NCBI GenBank assembly: GCA_051294905.1
Contig: CM119372.1
Location: 32,800,001 to 32,864,000, forward strand
Reading direction: 5' to 3'
Source of the DNA: Botryllus schlosseri
Lineage: Eukaryota
DNA: 64,000 nucleotides
Positions 1-12,953 of this stretch are shown here, in pieces. The position numbers and the translations under genes are program-made. The stretch's first letter is position 1. The number at the start of each line of letters is the position of its first letter. Under the pieces are notes generated by a model, which was given only the letters and a program-made list of their open reading frames with translations, made no database searches and had not been told where the DNA came from.

Positions 1-138
1 AACAATTGTCTCACACCATTGGACATGCCCTTCCTTAAATGAGTTGTTCGTATAGCTAGTCTCGAGCGTCAGTTACCGTTTCGACACTCCCTAAAAGGTA
101 TATTCATTATCTTCATGCGCAACTGAACTGATATTATT

Positions 139-585
139 TGGGTTGCATTTAAAACAAACGGTGTTTTAAAACAATTTGTTTAAAACATGTTTTAAACACT
201 GTTTTAAACAAAGGCCTTTTTTTAAACGAAATTGTGTTTTTTAATTTGTAAAATTATGCCATAATTGTGCAAATACTTCCCAAAAAACATGTTGTATGAG
301 CTACGGACACTTACCACCCGATTTAGCCAACGTATATCGATATGGGATGGTAGGAATCCTCAAAATAGTTGGTTCAACAGTTATAGTACAGATATTTCGT
401 CAAAGGAGCTATATTTACCCTATATTTTCAATTGTCAATGTCAAATCATTATGATGTCACAATTAAATATTCGCGAGGTCATGGCTTAATATTAAAAAAA
501 CGATAAAAAATAGGTTTTAGATAGGGCCTTGTTTTAAACATGTTTGTTTTAAAGTGATTTTTGTTTTGAATGCAACCCCACCCTA
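139..585. mobile_element. MITE, family with (TA)GGGTTGCATT/AAAACA-rich ends, copy 1
   Basis: Inverted ends GGGTTGCATT...AATGCAACCC. The internal sequence is clearly homologous to 47454-48008 (same orientation) and 24758-25199 (opposite orientation). Confidence 0.75.
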
Positions 586-651
586 AATATTATGATATTT
601 TGCTCGATATGAAATCGCTGACGAGACAAGAAATCGCTGTTGTATTTTCAG

Positions 652-3600
652 AGTTTCGTTTGATCCAACCGTCCGAATATCAATTCTACACTGTATCATT
701 GGTCAGAGCGTCATGACCATGGCCCTAACGTGCAGCAACCAAGCGATGGTGCAGCGAATCATGTCGTGTCGATCTCAAACGATAGCAAGAAGGTAAATGC
801 AATGGAGTGGCCGTATTCGTGCGCAAAATCGTAGGCATATAGTAAAGCACGGTGAAATACAAAGATCATACCACACAAGGCGCGAATAGCAAGAATGACA
901 CGTAAAAGGAGCGATTAATTTTAATATTGTAGTGATGACAACGTGGCATGCGTAACCAGAATGGCGTCAAAACAAGAATATGTACGACGGGAGAGAGTGA
1001 TCTTTGAATACCAGACCATATGCCACGGTCATCCACGTTTCTGTAGTAGCTTAGCGCAGTACAGCCATGCTCATATCAGTGTATTGATATAAAGCAGGTC
1101 ATGGCAAGTCAGGCGGGAGAGTTAGCCTAGTGCTGGTAGGTGGTAGGTGGGAAGCCCCTGTTCGACTCGTGACAGTAGCACAGTCCGCTCTGTTGAAGTT
1201 TCGGAAGTTGATGTGCATTCCTACTCTCCTATCTTGCTGTTCTTACCGCATCTTTACGACGAAGTCCAGAATAAGACCCGATTAAAGGCGAACACAAAGA
1301 AAGCGAATAAAAACGGAAAAGCGTCTTAAAGGCAGCCGAAGTTACACATTCGGCGTTAAGCGGAGATGGATGCTCGATAAAAAGATCTCACTTGTTCCAT
1401 ACAACTTTCTACTGTCTGTTCATTGCATCACATTGTGTCTTGTCTAGCGAATTGTACACTGTATGTCATAAGCGGACAAAAATAACATTACCCCCTCATT
1501 GTTGGATATCTCTCACTTCCTATTTGTATAAATGAGTATATCTCTCGTATCAGTATGAGACTGAAGTTACCTACTGCTAATGAATACACCCGAAGGCGGA
1601 ATCGGGTTGTGTTTTAGTGCACCACCCCAAGAAGGCACAAAAAGGTGGTACACCCCTAATATAGCCTATATATGTTCATAAAGTTTTATGTATGTTACAC
1701 GCATTTGCCCATTGAAATGGGCATGAAAGTGCAATTTGGTACCACAGAATGCCGATGACCTGATTAGCACCATCGTACACTATATGGTGGAAGTTTCGTA
1801 AAATCAGATATTAGAAAACATACATATACAATGTCGCCTTTTCGAAAATGATTTCGAAGTCCGTGAGCAAAAAAGACTTCAAACGCCGACCTACAGTGCG
1901 TTCGTTTGATTTCAGAGAATTCCGAGATGTGTAGCCTACATATTACGGTAAGATTCCCTCTACATTCCAGAGCCCTCTTCTTCTGCCTCGTTCCGGTATC
2001 AGTGATCTCCACGCTGGCTGTAGGCAACGGCTTGGTGATGTACGCCTACTACGAAAATTGCGATCCACTTCTGTCTCATATCATCAACAAGCCCGACCAG
2101 ATGATTCCGAAAATGATGACGAAAGCGTTTTTCGAAGTACCCGGTTTGGCTGGGATATTTGTCGCCGCAGCATGTAGCGGCACACTAAGGTACTGAGATA
2201 AAATGTCAACAATCAATTGTTATGATTTTGATTGCATTACATAATCTAAAATAGACTACGTATATTTACAGTAGCGATTGCTTGGATCGCTAAAAGGTTC
2301 TAAGACTTATGAACCTAATCTTTTACTCACTGGTTCCCAAACTATTCAGGCATGTGGCACAACAGAAATATCAAAAAACAATCGCAGCACAAGCAAATTG
2401 ATGTGGTAACTCACGTGGTAATGCGAGGGTCATGCTTATCCAGACCACGAGTGAAACGAGCTTACATTGCTGACAAACATGACCTTATTAGGCGAGAAGC
2501 GCTACTGTTGTTGTGTCAATAAAACAAACAAACAAACCCGCATTTCATCGTCAATTTCAAGCAGTGTCTCTCGTATCCAACAGCTTTTTTTACTTCAGTC
2601 AAAACAGCAAAAGCTATATTCGCATAGTCATAGGGATACGCAATGTGCATGGCATGAAATACTGGTTTCTTTTTTCACCCATGGTAAAGGATTATGAATC
2701 AGACCGCCATAACCATATTTGTGGAAACAGCGTTTCCGAAAACTGGGCGTTTTGTTTATCAGTGAGCTGTTATTCTGTAGAAAAATTGCTTGATTCACTG
2801 CTTCCAAATGTACTATATACCCATCTAACGTTGTGCAGAACAAATCGTGAGAAGTAATATTGGATTGTAAGTTGAAGTCCAGGCCGCTTGCCCACGTTTT
2901 GAGGAGTAACATTTTGTTTCATTTGGAGCGGAAAGCGAATTTAGGAATTCAGACTTCACACTTCCACACACCACAATCCAATTATGACGTGAAATTATCC
3001 AACTCATTGGCAATGTCATGATTGGTTTCATTGTAATGGTCACATGTGCCTGCTTATTTATCATCTATGAAGCAGTTAGAGCGCTTCAAGTCGCATATGC
3101 TACCATGCATGCGTCATTTTGAAAGCTGAAATTCGTTCATAAATTTCTTAAAGATTCAACGCACATCTAAGAATCTGTGGCGGTAAACTAATGCGTCGCG
3201 GCACACAATTTGGCAATCACCGATAACTAAATAATTTTTGCGAACACGAACGATGAATTGACTGTAATCTGTTACAATCTGCCAAATATGGATCTACTGT
3301 GACGAGAAGTAGCGTATTAAATATGTCCACATCCGCAACTCATTTCGTTTTATTCATACAAATCCATGTTGACATCGTATGACGACTCAAATGTATAAAA
3401 ATATCGAAGGAAAAAGCCAAATTCATCAAGATCTCCTCTACAAATACCTTGTATAAATCCAGTTTCGCAAATCCAACAAATACAAATTTAATTCATTTCT
3501 TACTAGAACCATCAAATGTTTGTTTTTTTAAATCCATTCACTCGCCCATATTCGACTCTATATAGCATGGGTGCGCACTGCGCATATTAGCGCCTCGCCG

Positions 3601-5886
3601 ATTCCCAGCTGCTGAAGCATGACAAATTCCGGCAGACATTTGTATTGCCCGTCAACATTTTCGCAGCACTGTGTCGTCGGGAATTAATTCGCTGTCCGTT
3701 GTGATCGTGGAAGATTTCGCGACGCTGCTGAAGAAGTCATTGTCGCCGAAACAGAAATTATGGGGCGGCAGGTTATGCGGTAAAGTCTCCTTTTTGCTTT
3801 TTCTACCGATAACAACTTCTAAAACAAATATATTCCAGGAGCCTTTCTTGGATGTCTGGTTACTCTTATAGCCTTCATAGCCGGAAGCCTCGGGTCAACC
3901 GTTATTCAAATCGCTTCGTCGTTAATAGGCGGGTTCGGCGGCCCTATCTTTGGTATCTTTGTATCTGGTATATTCATTCCAAGAACTACGGCGAAGGTAC
4001 GGAAACGTTGACGATATCAGGCTTGGACAGCTCGATAACTCGTGTTGTCTAATTAAACTAATTCCGTCGAAATGCCGGTCATCTAACTGTAATCTAATTT
4101 GTGACATCTTTAAGTACTTTAATTTCAATTCTAGTCCAATTTGAGGTTTACCTGAAAATGTTGCATGACAACTGTATAGTCCGAAACGCGCCATGCCGTA
4201 ATACAATATGAGAATGATTTCTGATTTGATATGAAAAGAGCTTGATTTTTGTTGCGTTTCTTTTTCAACTTGTAACTAATTTAAGTCAAATTCCAAGATA
4301 TTGAGAATCCAATATCTCTAATTATAATATAATTTAGACAAAGCTGTTTAGCTATGTTAATTCTAATCTGATTGGAAAAGCTGAAATTTTTCTAGTAATC
4401 GACCCCTGGTCATATGTGGAGCCGTAGAATGTGCCAGTTGAATCGCAGTAAACGATTTATTCAACAGGGCGCCTTGGTTGGGCTTACCGTATCGACGATT
4501 ATGAGCCTGTGGGTAATATCAGGGTCGGCTGTTTACAAAGGCAATCCTGCGAAGCAAAATTACCTAAACAGATCCATCAGCAATTGCTCGATCGACGTTA
4601 CATTGCCACCTATTGATTGGAATGTGACGACTCTTTCGCCCACCTTCGAAACGACAGTCAACGAAACAATTGCTACTCATGACGAGCGGCCTTTAATAGC
4701 GGACACCTTGTATTCAATCTCGTACTTTTACGTTTGCATGTTTGGAGCAGCGGTGTCGATTGCTGTCGCATCATTTGTTTCAATCTTGTCGGGTATGTTT
4801 ATTTCTATCTATTGCGTAGCAGTCATATACTATCGGAATTGATATTCATCATCACAAGCAAATTTCAAAATTCAGGTGTAGCTCCAAATCTTGAAATCAT
4901 TTCCGCTCATGCCCAGATCCGTTTCATTGTAATTAAAACATGATGATTCGATGCGTACATTGTACATCAAATTTGCTTCATATTAATTGCAACATGAAAG
5001 TAAGTAGGGTTAGCATACGATCTCTTTTAAGAGGATTTGTCCTCTTTTTGATTTTTTCGAAAGTGTTCTCGGAGAACGCCGAAATGTCCTCTTCTTGCGA
5101 TATTATCCTCTTTTATGAGAATTCTGGTTAAATTCGACTGAGATACAGTAAATCAGCACTGAAGTAACGCTCCGGCGGCTATTTCATTTCGGCAGCTGTG
5201 CCGGAAAGCTTACTTTATTTTTAGTCAACCGACCACGAAGTGGGAAAAATTCACCATTTTTCAGGATTTTTTTTTCGGTATTGCAAGTCTGAAAATTTTG
5301 AATAATTGTCCAAAATATGGTAACTCTAAAAGTAAGTGGCATGCAAGAGATGTCAATTTTGATTCGGGTACATTTGACCCCAAGAGACTTGTGGGTCTCA
5401 CTCATTAAAACGGTCGGGCTTATGTTTAACCCAACCAGGATAACCAACGAGAACCTTTAATAATTCTTCGTACTCAGTGATCACATCATAAACAATTTGG
5501 AATTCCCATGAGCTGTTAGAATGAATTTGAGTTCGACGACAATAGGGGGTAAAATGTGGGCATGATACGGTATTAATTTCTAATTCCGATTTGAACTCGG
5601 ATATTCAACTAATATCAGCGGCAGCAGTTGAAAATATCCACTAATTTCAGCTGAATGAACTTTCCATTCGTACATTTTTTCAATGTTCAATAAAAAACAA
5701 TATATTTTGTCAGGGCCAAACAATCCAAAAGATATTGACCCCCTACTGTTCGTGCCATTGGTCGACAACAAAAGATTGCCAGCGAAAATCAGAAAGTTCT
5801 TCCGCTTCGGAGTCCCGGAATACGAGGAATACGAACACGTCGCCGTGAAAAATGATGACTTACTCCTCAGAACTGACGTTGCATGA
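652..5886 (+). CDS. SLC5A8-like: Sodium:solute symporter, SLC5A5/6/8/12 (NIS/SMVT/SMCT) subfamily; 3' part, 5' exons lie before the window
   Basis: Six GT-AG exons join in frame: 652-792 (SFDPTVRISILHCIIGQ..SNQAMVQRIMSCRS), 1971-2189 (GLVMYAYYENCDPL..KPDQMIP..PGLAGIFVAAACSGTL), 3667-3779 (STVSSGINSLSVVIVEDF), 3839-3996 (GGPIFGIFVSGIFIPRTTAK), 4468-4792 (GALVGL..TLYSISYFY), 5714-5886 (GPNNPKDIDPLLF..TDVA*). These motifs match the SMCT/SMVT/NIS clade. Exact orthology cannot be determined here. Confidence 0.92.
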
Positions 5887-6355
5887 AATACACTACATTC
5901 ATTGATAGCTATGAGATAGGAAAGATTGTACAACTACATGTGTTACACACTTAAAGATACTATGAAATGTTCAAATCTGTAAACAGTGTCGAGTGCCTAC
6001 TGAGTACATAATGCGGTTTGTTTGAGGTTGTGTTTTAAGCAGAGTCTCCCTGGGACGACAACTAGGGTAGGTATGTCCGGGTATTGCGACTTTCAAGAGT
6101 AGTTTTGGCCACTGGCTCCTATTTAATGATGGATGTGATACTGTATGGTCCGCGTAAGCACTCTCCCAAAGTTTGACAACTTATCCAGTTTCCATGAATT
6201 CAGAATAACAGACTTTGATCGACCGTTAAACGGATATATTGCTTACTTTATGTCAAGTACGGGACGCGATAACACACATCGGGAGCATTTCTAATAGTAT
6301 ATATCGATAGATCAGCGCAATGTCACAAGTTTTAGTTGGATTAATCACCAGAAAC

Positions 6356-6415
6356 GAGGTGGAGCCTAGATAAACCTCCTACGCTATTACACTAGTGTAG
6401 GAATTCTGGAGTCGG
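6356..6415 (-). mobile_element. Fragment of tRNA-derived SINE family 1
   Basis: The reverse complement matches the cgacttcagaattcctat..ttatctaggctcc body of the copy at 7607. Confidence 0.55.
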
Positions 6416-7606
6416 AACCGGTCAGTTTGGGACTTGAGTCCCATTCGTGCTGCAGACGTGGAACACACCACAATGCTATCACACCAATTCAAATCTGACG
6501 TCTATGGGCTTACGTTGAACAGTCTCAGGTATGTTATATATAAATCATACAATATCCAGACATATGACTCTCGACGTATAACTCACACCAGGTCAATGCT
6601 GAGTGCTGACGTACAAGTATATGTCAATGTACGCTGTCGGCGTGTTCTAAATCAACACATAAATCAAAGTAGAATCAATACAACTGATTGGTTGTTCCCC
6701 CTAAACTACAGGAAAACCAGTTAACGATATTTGCACAATGCAGGTAAATGACTACGCTACACGAAAGAGAGGGAAAGTCAAAAAGACACATCGTAATAAA
6801 GGTTAAGCAAACACACCACCATTATCGCATACAATTGGGTGCATGAATAATCGTTAAAATCATGTGACATTCGCTTACTCAATGCTTTTGTGGTGTTATA
6901 CTACGTTGTAATTTAGCATCGAGCTTTTACTGCTCAGGTTGATGAAACGAAATCGTAGGTTAGATAACTGGGCTTTGAATAATTTTATGTTATGATGTGG
7001 TCGTCTCCTTCGTTTGCATATGGATAAAAGCGATTTGGGGCGAAGTTGACTCATTTATTATCCAAGACTAATTTAAGGGTCGGTTGAGGTTAAGGTTAGT
7101 GTAGGGTGTACCACTGGAATCAGCAGAGAAACCAAACTTTGAATTGAATTTTTGCCTGATATAATATAGTCTATAAAATCAAAATATGGAACACTGTCAC
7201 TTAAGAAAATCATAATTGGATTTGGATTTTGAAAAAAAATCGGATGGATTCACGCTTTGAGTTCTCAGATTGCAGCTCATGCCCAGAGTGAAAGGTGCTG
7301 AGTTTATATGGTAGTATAACAGAGACGAGAAACCTGTAGCCGTTTTACTTTTTTCATTTCGCCCATCCATGCTGTAATTTCGTCAAGTATGCGAAATACG
7401 ATAGATACATCGATGGATCGTACTTTCTGTCGTATTCCGGCCATTCGATTGCCTGTCTCTTCAGTACAAAATCTTTTACCACGTTTTAACTTTTCTAACT
7501 ACTCTTGTTAACTATTCCAAGTTGTTACGACACCTTTCTATTTTTTCATTGTATCACAGTCTTCTGGTGTGTTGAAATGATAAAATTCCTAACTGAGTGC
7601 AAGGTG

Positions 7607-7748
7607 TGGCGAGATAGCGCAGTGGTATAATCCGTGGCTGCTACACAAATGGGTTGCGGGTTCGAGTCCGACCGAGGTCGACTTCAGAATTCCTATACCT
7701 AAGTGTTGGAGGGCTTATCTAGGCTCCTCCTCGCCACCTCATCCGCGT
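7607..7748 (+). mobile_element. tRNA-derived SINE family 1 (3'-truncated)
   Basis: Pol III A box TAGCGCAGTGG and B box GGTTCGAGTCC, followed by a non-tRNA body shared with 20664, 35117 and 49125. Confidence 0.8.
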
Positions 7749-8206
7749 AAGCGAATATCGTGTATTCCCCGATTTGTACTATAGTGTATCTCAGTTTCAC
7801 ACACATTCCAATGAGTGATAATGAGTCAAATACACCATTTCTTAGTATGCCAGTGATATATTACAGAGGTTGAGAGGGTTATGTTTTCCAGTATATCACT
7901 TCCAGAACGCGTTAAAGGTGGTACACGTACAGATCTCCTACGCTTCCGGGATATATCTCCATAAGTAGTGGTGCATTTGATTCATGAGAAAGCAAGTTAG
8001 GGGCCGGAAAGTGCCGATTTCCTGATTTACACCCTGCGCTGTGGCCGTGGTCTGGTAAATTCACCTAATTCTCATCAGTCCGTTACGGCAGGGGCGGGCA
8101 ACATACGGCCCACGAAGGGATTTTGACCGGCCCGCAGAGAGTTTCTACCGTGAAAGGGAAATTCTAATCTGAAAGTACAGTTGAATAGTATATTCATATC
8201 GAAATG

Positions 8207-8241
8207 AACCCGAATATTTTCGGCTGACACTCGTCAGGGTT
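8207..8241 (-). ncRNA. Minimal type I hammerhead ribozyme motif (inverted pLTR copy)
   Basis: The minus strand reads aacc-CUGACGA-GugucagcC-GAA-AAUAUU-C-ggguu: intact core and palindromic stem III, but a weakened stem I. Confidence 0.6.
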
Positions 8242-8621
8242 AATCGTCAGCAACCATGGTGAAAAGCTCGCCCCTCACTCATCCGCTCAAGCTCGATGCT
8301 GAGCGATCAAAGGCCAGAAACTATGCCATTTGCAAACATTTGTTGGATAATCCCGCTTGTGCAAAAAATAATCAAGACGACAAATGTTGGCGTCATCGGA
8401 AGGGACCGCTCACACTATCATCTGCGTGCCTTGGAGTGGACCTTTATCAAAATACACCAGCTCAAGCTTTGTCTAGAAAAAGGAGTTCGTGTACCTTCTT
8501 AAAATAGTACATTGAACGCTCTCTTATTTGAGATTACATTCCAAGCCGGTGACGTCATATTTTGTGATACGATTGTTGATATACAATGTTCTTTCCAATT
8601 CTCTACTGGTTGCTGACGATT

Positions 8622-8655
8622 CCCCCTGACAAGTGTCAGCCGAAAATATTCGGGT
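8622..8655 (+). ncRNA. Minimal type I hammerhead ribozyme motif (core mutated)
   Basis: cccc-CUGACAA-GugucagcC-GAA-AAUAUU-C-gggu. G8 is changed to A relative to the inverted copy. Confidence 0.5.
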
Positions 8656-9649
8656 ACATTTTAATATGAATATGGTATTCAATTGTATATTGAAGTTCTG
8701 TACCCCCAAGAAGCTCGTTAATCTAAAAGTATCGACAAATTTTATGCGTCACAAAATGAATCCAAGTGTGCCAACCTGGGCAAGATGGACATGAAACTAC
8801 TTGCTCTGATCGGATGTACAATGTACATGTAGGCTACATATATTTTCGACCGTGAACATTAACGAGACAAGGCTACGTTCCAATATAACTGATGTTCACG
8901 TGCAGTCTTTACTAAGGGTTTCTACATACAACATGCAGCCAGCGTCCAAAGAACTTGTTGACAACTCTGACCCGCCACGGATGTCCGATTGACCTCAACA
9001 GCTACTGTTAATAAATTCATTGAACAGGCCACTGTTTTGGTGTCTATGCTTTAAACTTAATGTTCACATTAAATACGATTTATTCCTTATGTAGGTGGAT
9101 AAATGCGATTAATGTATATATTCTGTAATCCGGCCCGCCAAGTGCTTCATTTTCCCATATCCGGCCCGCCGACCGGAGAAGATGCCCGCCCCTGCGTTAC
9201 GGTATAGCGCAACGTGCCATTTCTGTTATTTGAAGTCGTTCCACCTGGAAAATAGAAAGATAAAGGAGTGAGGATGGGTAAGGAGGGTCTTCAGAAACCG
9301 GTGGAAAGCTATTAATTTTTTTATTTTCGTAAGTTATAGACTTGCGAGATACGTTCGTTGGAAGCGGTCACTGGAGGGAATAACTATTTCTATACAGTCC
9401 TTCCGCTGGTTAGAGGTGGAAGTCGGGTATACGGTACTCGGGTTTGGCTCGGTTTTGGAAACGAATTCGCGATTGAATAGGTTCGGATGACCATTCCATC
9501 AATCAACAATGTGATATTTTCATTGGTTTCCGGAATCAAAACAGGCTCTAATTATACGATACAATCGACCTTCGGGCAAGGACCCAATGCGCAGTCCCGT
9601 TTCGATCTCTGATTTGGCTACCCTTCAGATTACCTGATAAAAATGCGTG

Positions 9650-10130
9650 GTTCTAATGGCTCGAGTCGCGATTTTGGTGTCTCGACTTGACTCAAGTCAT
9701 TTACTTTAATGCGGAAAATAACTCGACCCGAGTCATATGACTTGGAACTATATAGAACGGCAAAGACAGGTTCACTGTAACCGCGAATAATAATAAAGTT
9801 ACCACATTATTGGTATTTCGTCTATCCCGTACTGGTATTGAAAAAGGGCCAGAAGCTGCTAAAAGTGAGGAAAATTCGTATATTAAGAATGCGAGGCTTT
9901 TGATATCACCCAAGCAGAGTTGTTTAAAGTGGATTTAACATGACTTGAATTCGAAACTGAATAGTAAATGCAATGACTTGGACTCGTGCTCGAGTTTAAA
10001 CGCTGTGAATCGAATCTCAGCGCGCTGACTTGGATCGGACTTGAGTTGGTGGTGAATTGAAAATGGCTCGAGTCAAGACTAAAAGAAGACAAGATTGAAT
10101 TGTTACTCGGAGAATGGTGACTTGGTTATA
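9650..10130. mobile_element. GACTCGAGTC-rich MITE, degenerate copy
   Basis: Colinear with 27017-27600 (shared gagtcatatgact..accaca(t/a)tattgg..gaggaaa..ggtggtgaattgaaaatg blocks). Confidence 0.7.
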
Positions 10131-11077
10131 AAAATGAAATGAAATTTGCGAATAAGAACATATTCATTTCCACCAAACACCCGTTCGACTTAACATCACT
10201 TGTTGTATCGGGGTTATTTTATAAGGATTTTAGAAATGAGAAAAGGCGGCCTTTCTAAAGCACACGATTCATGCGGCCCGTAGTACACGAACGATTCCCC
10301 ACTCCTGCAGTATTGTGGCATACCCCGCCAATATAGTGCACGCGAGTGGAACGATTACCACATATTTTATTGGAACGTTAAAACGTTCAGATCATAACCG
10401 AGAGTCTTAAAAATACCTATACATGATCATTTATGATATTTACCTGAGCTATTTATTTCCGGCTATTGCTATGAGCTAGGTCTATTTGCGGAGCTCAAAA
10501 TAAAGCTAGCGCCGGTTATGCATTGTGTATATGGGAATCTTAAAAGCAGGTACCCTATTTGGCAAATATAACTTGCATCCCATGAAAAATCCTTTTAGGC
10601 ATCTTTCTGATATAAACACCGTACTTCTGTTATTGCCTATACCCACGGGCTCCCTTGTATGTACATTGCACAGTACACACACTTTTCGACAAAGGAATCA
10701 AACATTTCTATCCAGAGTAGCGATAGATAATATATTTGCTGTTTTGCACCATTTGAATGGTGATGTAGGTCTATTTACGCAGTTATCCAGTTTGCGCTGA
10801 GTGGTGGCGAGCCGTCCACAGAAACAGGCGTGTAGAAAAGTTGAGACTAAAACTTCATATTGTTTGACAAAAGTCGGCAAAATGATGAAATTGTATTAGT
10901 CATGTGGTATATTTTAACAGGATTTGGCGATTTCTCGGCTCCCATAATTCTAAGAAAATATCGAAACTCTGTTTATCGTTGAGGAAAGAATTCATGGTGT
11001 AATGTGAAGGACGTATATTTTTGTTACCCAGAAAACCGAATCATTCTACTTTACACAAATCGTTACAACTGATAATA

Positions 11078-12488
11078 ACGATGGTCAACACATATTTTTA
11101 GGCAGACAAAGTAACAGTGGTTTTGGGGGTTCTGAAGGGGACTGAATCCGAATATGACCTTGTTTTGTTTTTTCAAATTGGCTCTATTTTAGAAGATAAC
11201 CCACGGGGCTATTTTGACTAAAATATCATATATTCAGAAATTCAATCTACTTGTTATGTTGACACGCTGAAGACTGTTTTAAATCAAACTACATCAACAG
11301 AATTATATTTCAGGGTACTATATTTATTATAATTTAAGACTTTCACGGATATCATGTACATTGTACATAAATAAACTTTAATCATGTATATAAGTATTTA
11401 CATATGTACTGAATTAACGTTGCATCAATTGAATCAGTTTTTTATCATCCACCTATTCTAAATTCTAAATAATGAGTTGGAATATAATAATAATACTTTA
11501 TCCTAAAGCAAAATTGGTTCTTGTACTAGGCCTATTTTCGGTTATAAGCAATTTAGTGCATTAATCCGAAAGGTTCTAGAAATAGGCTGCCATAATATGT
11601 TCGTCGCATCTGCACTGATATCTTGTTCTTGTTGTTTTTATGTATTGGTGGAACATTTCCCCTTTCTATTCCCTCTAATCAACAATATCATCTAAATATA
11701 TATCAAGATGTCTGAACAGGAAGCGGGATGTATTGCTCATGTTTGCTCCAAGGTTTCCATATGCAGATACCAATTCTCAGACCAACTGTTTGTAGTTGGT
11801 TGCTTTGTAATCTTCCAAAAAGAAACATTTACTACATCTTAGAAGGAAGTTTATGCACTGAGCCCCTTTCTTAATATAAAATTGTAATCCTTAGTCCGTA
11901 TTCAAATCTGATATCCATCAGAGATTGCAGATTCAAACTTCTCGTTTGATATGGATACTAGGTATACCCACTTTGTTGGCTTTACGGAAAATTATCCATT
12001 TACAAGTGAAAAGAGATGAGACGTATATGAGTATTTTAGTTAAGCTTTCCAGGGACAACTTGACAGCTTTATACTCCTCTTTCATCTTGGTAGAATGACC
12101 AACTGGTAAAGGAGAAAATATATTTCGATTGTGGCAAAAGTACAATTTTTAGGCTTGACAAACTGCTATTTTAACAAACAAAGTTCTCGCATCAGGTAAT
12201 GTTAATATTGATGAAATAACTGAGAACGACATGCGTGTTCATCATAGTCAATTAATTATCTATTTATGCGCAGTGTAAAAGTAGAAAAATCCAATATTCA
12301 CTTCCTACCAAGTGAAATATTCAAGGGTAAATACAGTAATTTCAAACTTTTTTAGGGGTATAAGTGTCTTCTTTTCTAGCGCCAATCTGGCAAAACTAAT
12401 GTGATATTCGTAATCAGCAACCCTGAAAACCCCAGAAATTGCTTATAGATGTTCTGCCAATTTTTTAGCTTCATTTTGTTGACCAGTG
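11078..12488 (-). mobile_element. Decayed CMC-Chapaev3-like DNA transposon
   Basis: Right end TGTTGACCAGTG followed by TA, with a degenerate left end (GATGGTCAACA). Minus-strand relics HNRNIFSPLPVGHSTKMKEEYKAVKLSLE (~12035-12135) and RFLFRHLD..E*KGEMFHQYIKTTRTRYQCRCDEHIMAAY (~11580-11727) match recalled Chapaev3 transposase motifs (LHNGN..HS..KEEY; HFLHSHLD..EHGERFHQDI..RYQG.W..MLADYCW). Multiple stops. Confidence 0.75.
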
Positions 12489-12953
12489 TAATCGACTCGG
12501 ATCAATGTTCCAATCCCTAACCCCACATAAAAGCTAGTTGATTTGAAAAAAGTGATATTTCCACCCAGCGTAGTCGAAATTGCGCCAGTGCAATAGCTTA
12601 TTCATAATCATTTAGTTTTGTCAGGTATAGTAAGTGTTTTTTTTTGCAATGACATTGCGTAGGTTCAATTAAGAGCAAACAATATTCGCTAAAAATTAGG
12701 ATCCAACGTGATGAAACGCTTCCAACTAATTGTACTGCTTTGCGGTGGCTACCTGAGTATACGTTAAATTAGTGATTCCCAACCTTTTTCGACTCATCGC
12801 CCCCTTATTAAGCTCGGCACAAATTTTCGCCCTAATATTTATGGATCCGAAAATGAGGACATATAAACGGGAAATATATTCACCTAACTCTGATCGCTTT
12901 TGAATTAACTAATAAAAGACAAATAATTTTTCGAAGTAGGTGCTCGGAAAACC

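Larger units (their letters stand above)
8178..8718 (+). mobile_element. 5'-truncated Penelope-like retroelement with an inverted pseudo-LTR
   Basis: Frameshifted peptide AICKHLLDNPACA..VIGRDRSHYHLRALEWTFIKIHQLKLC resembles the C-terminus of the Penelope GIY-YIG endonuclease. Arms ~8178-8255 and ~8608-8685 are inverted copies. 13-bp TSD TAATCT(G/A)AAAGTA at 8165-8177 and 8719-8731. Confidence 0.8.
8089..9194. mobile_element. Non-autonomous hAT (Charlie/Buster-like) element hosting a Penelope insertion
   Basis: TIRs CAGGGGCGGGCA / TGCCCGCCCCTG with a perfect 8-bp TSD CGTTACGG (8081-8088, 9195-9202). Confidence 0.9.

Noticed and set aside
1110..1200. Degenerate tRNA/SINE head (AGTTAGCCTAGTG..GTTCGACTC)
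   Set aside because: Weak box matches, with no second copy or TSD in the window.
7430..7470. Third hammerhead (minus strand gtaCTGAAGAGacaggcaatCGAAtggccggaatac)
   Set aside because: CUGAAGA and CGAA are present, but A15.1, the UH site and stem I are broken and there is no pLTR or TSD context. At best a very old relic.
7607..7680. tRNA gene
   Set aside because: It has A/B boxes but no proper cloverleaf or acceptor stem, and continues into a body shared by copies with A-rich tails and TSDs, so it is a SINE.
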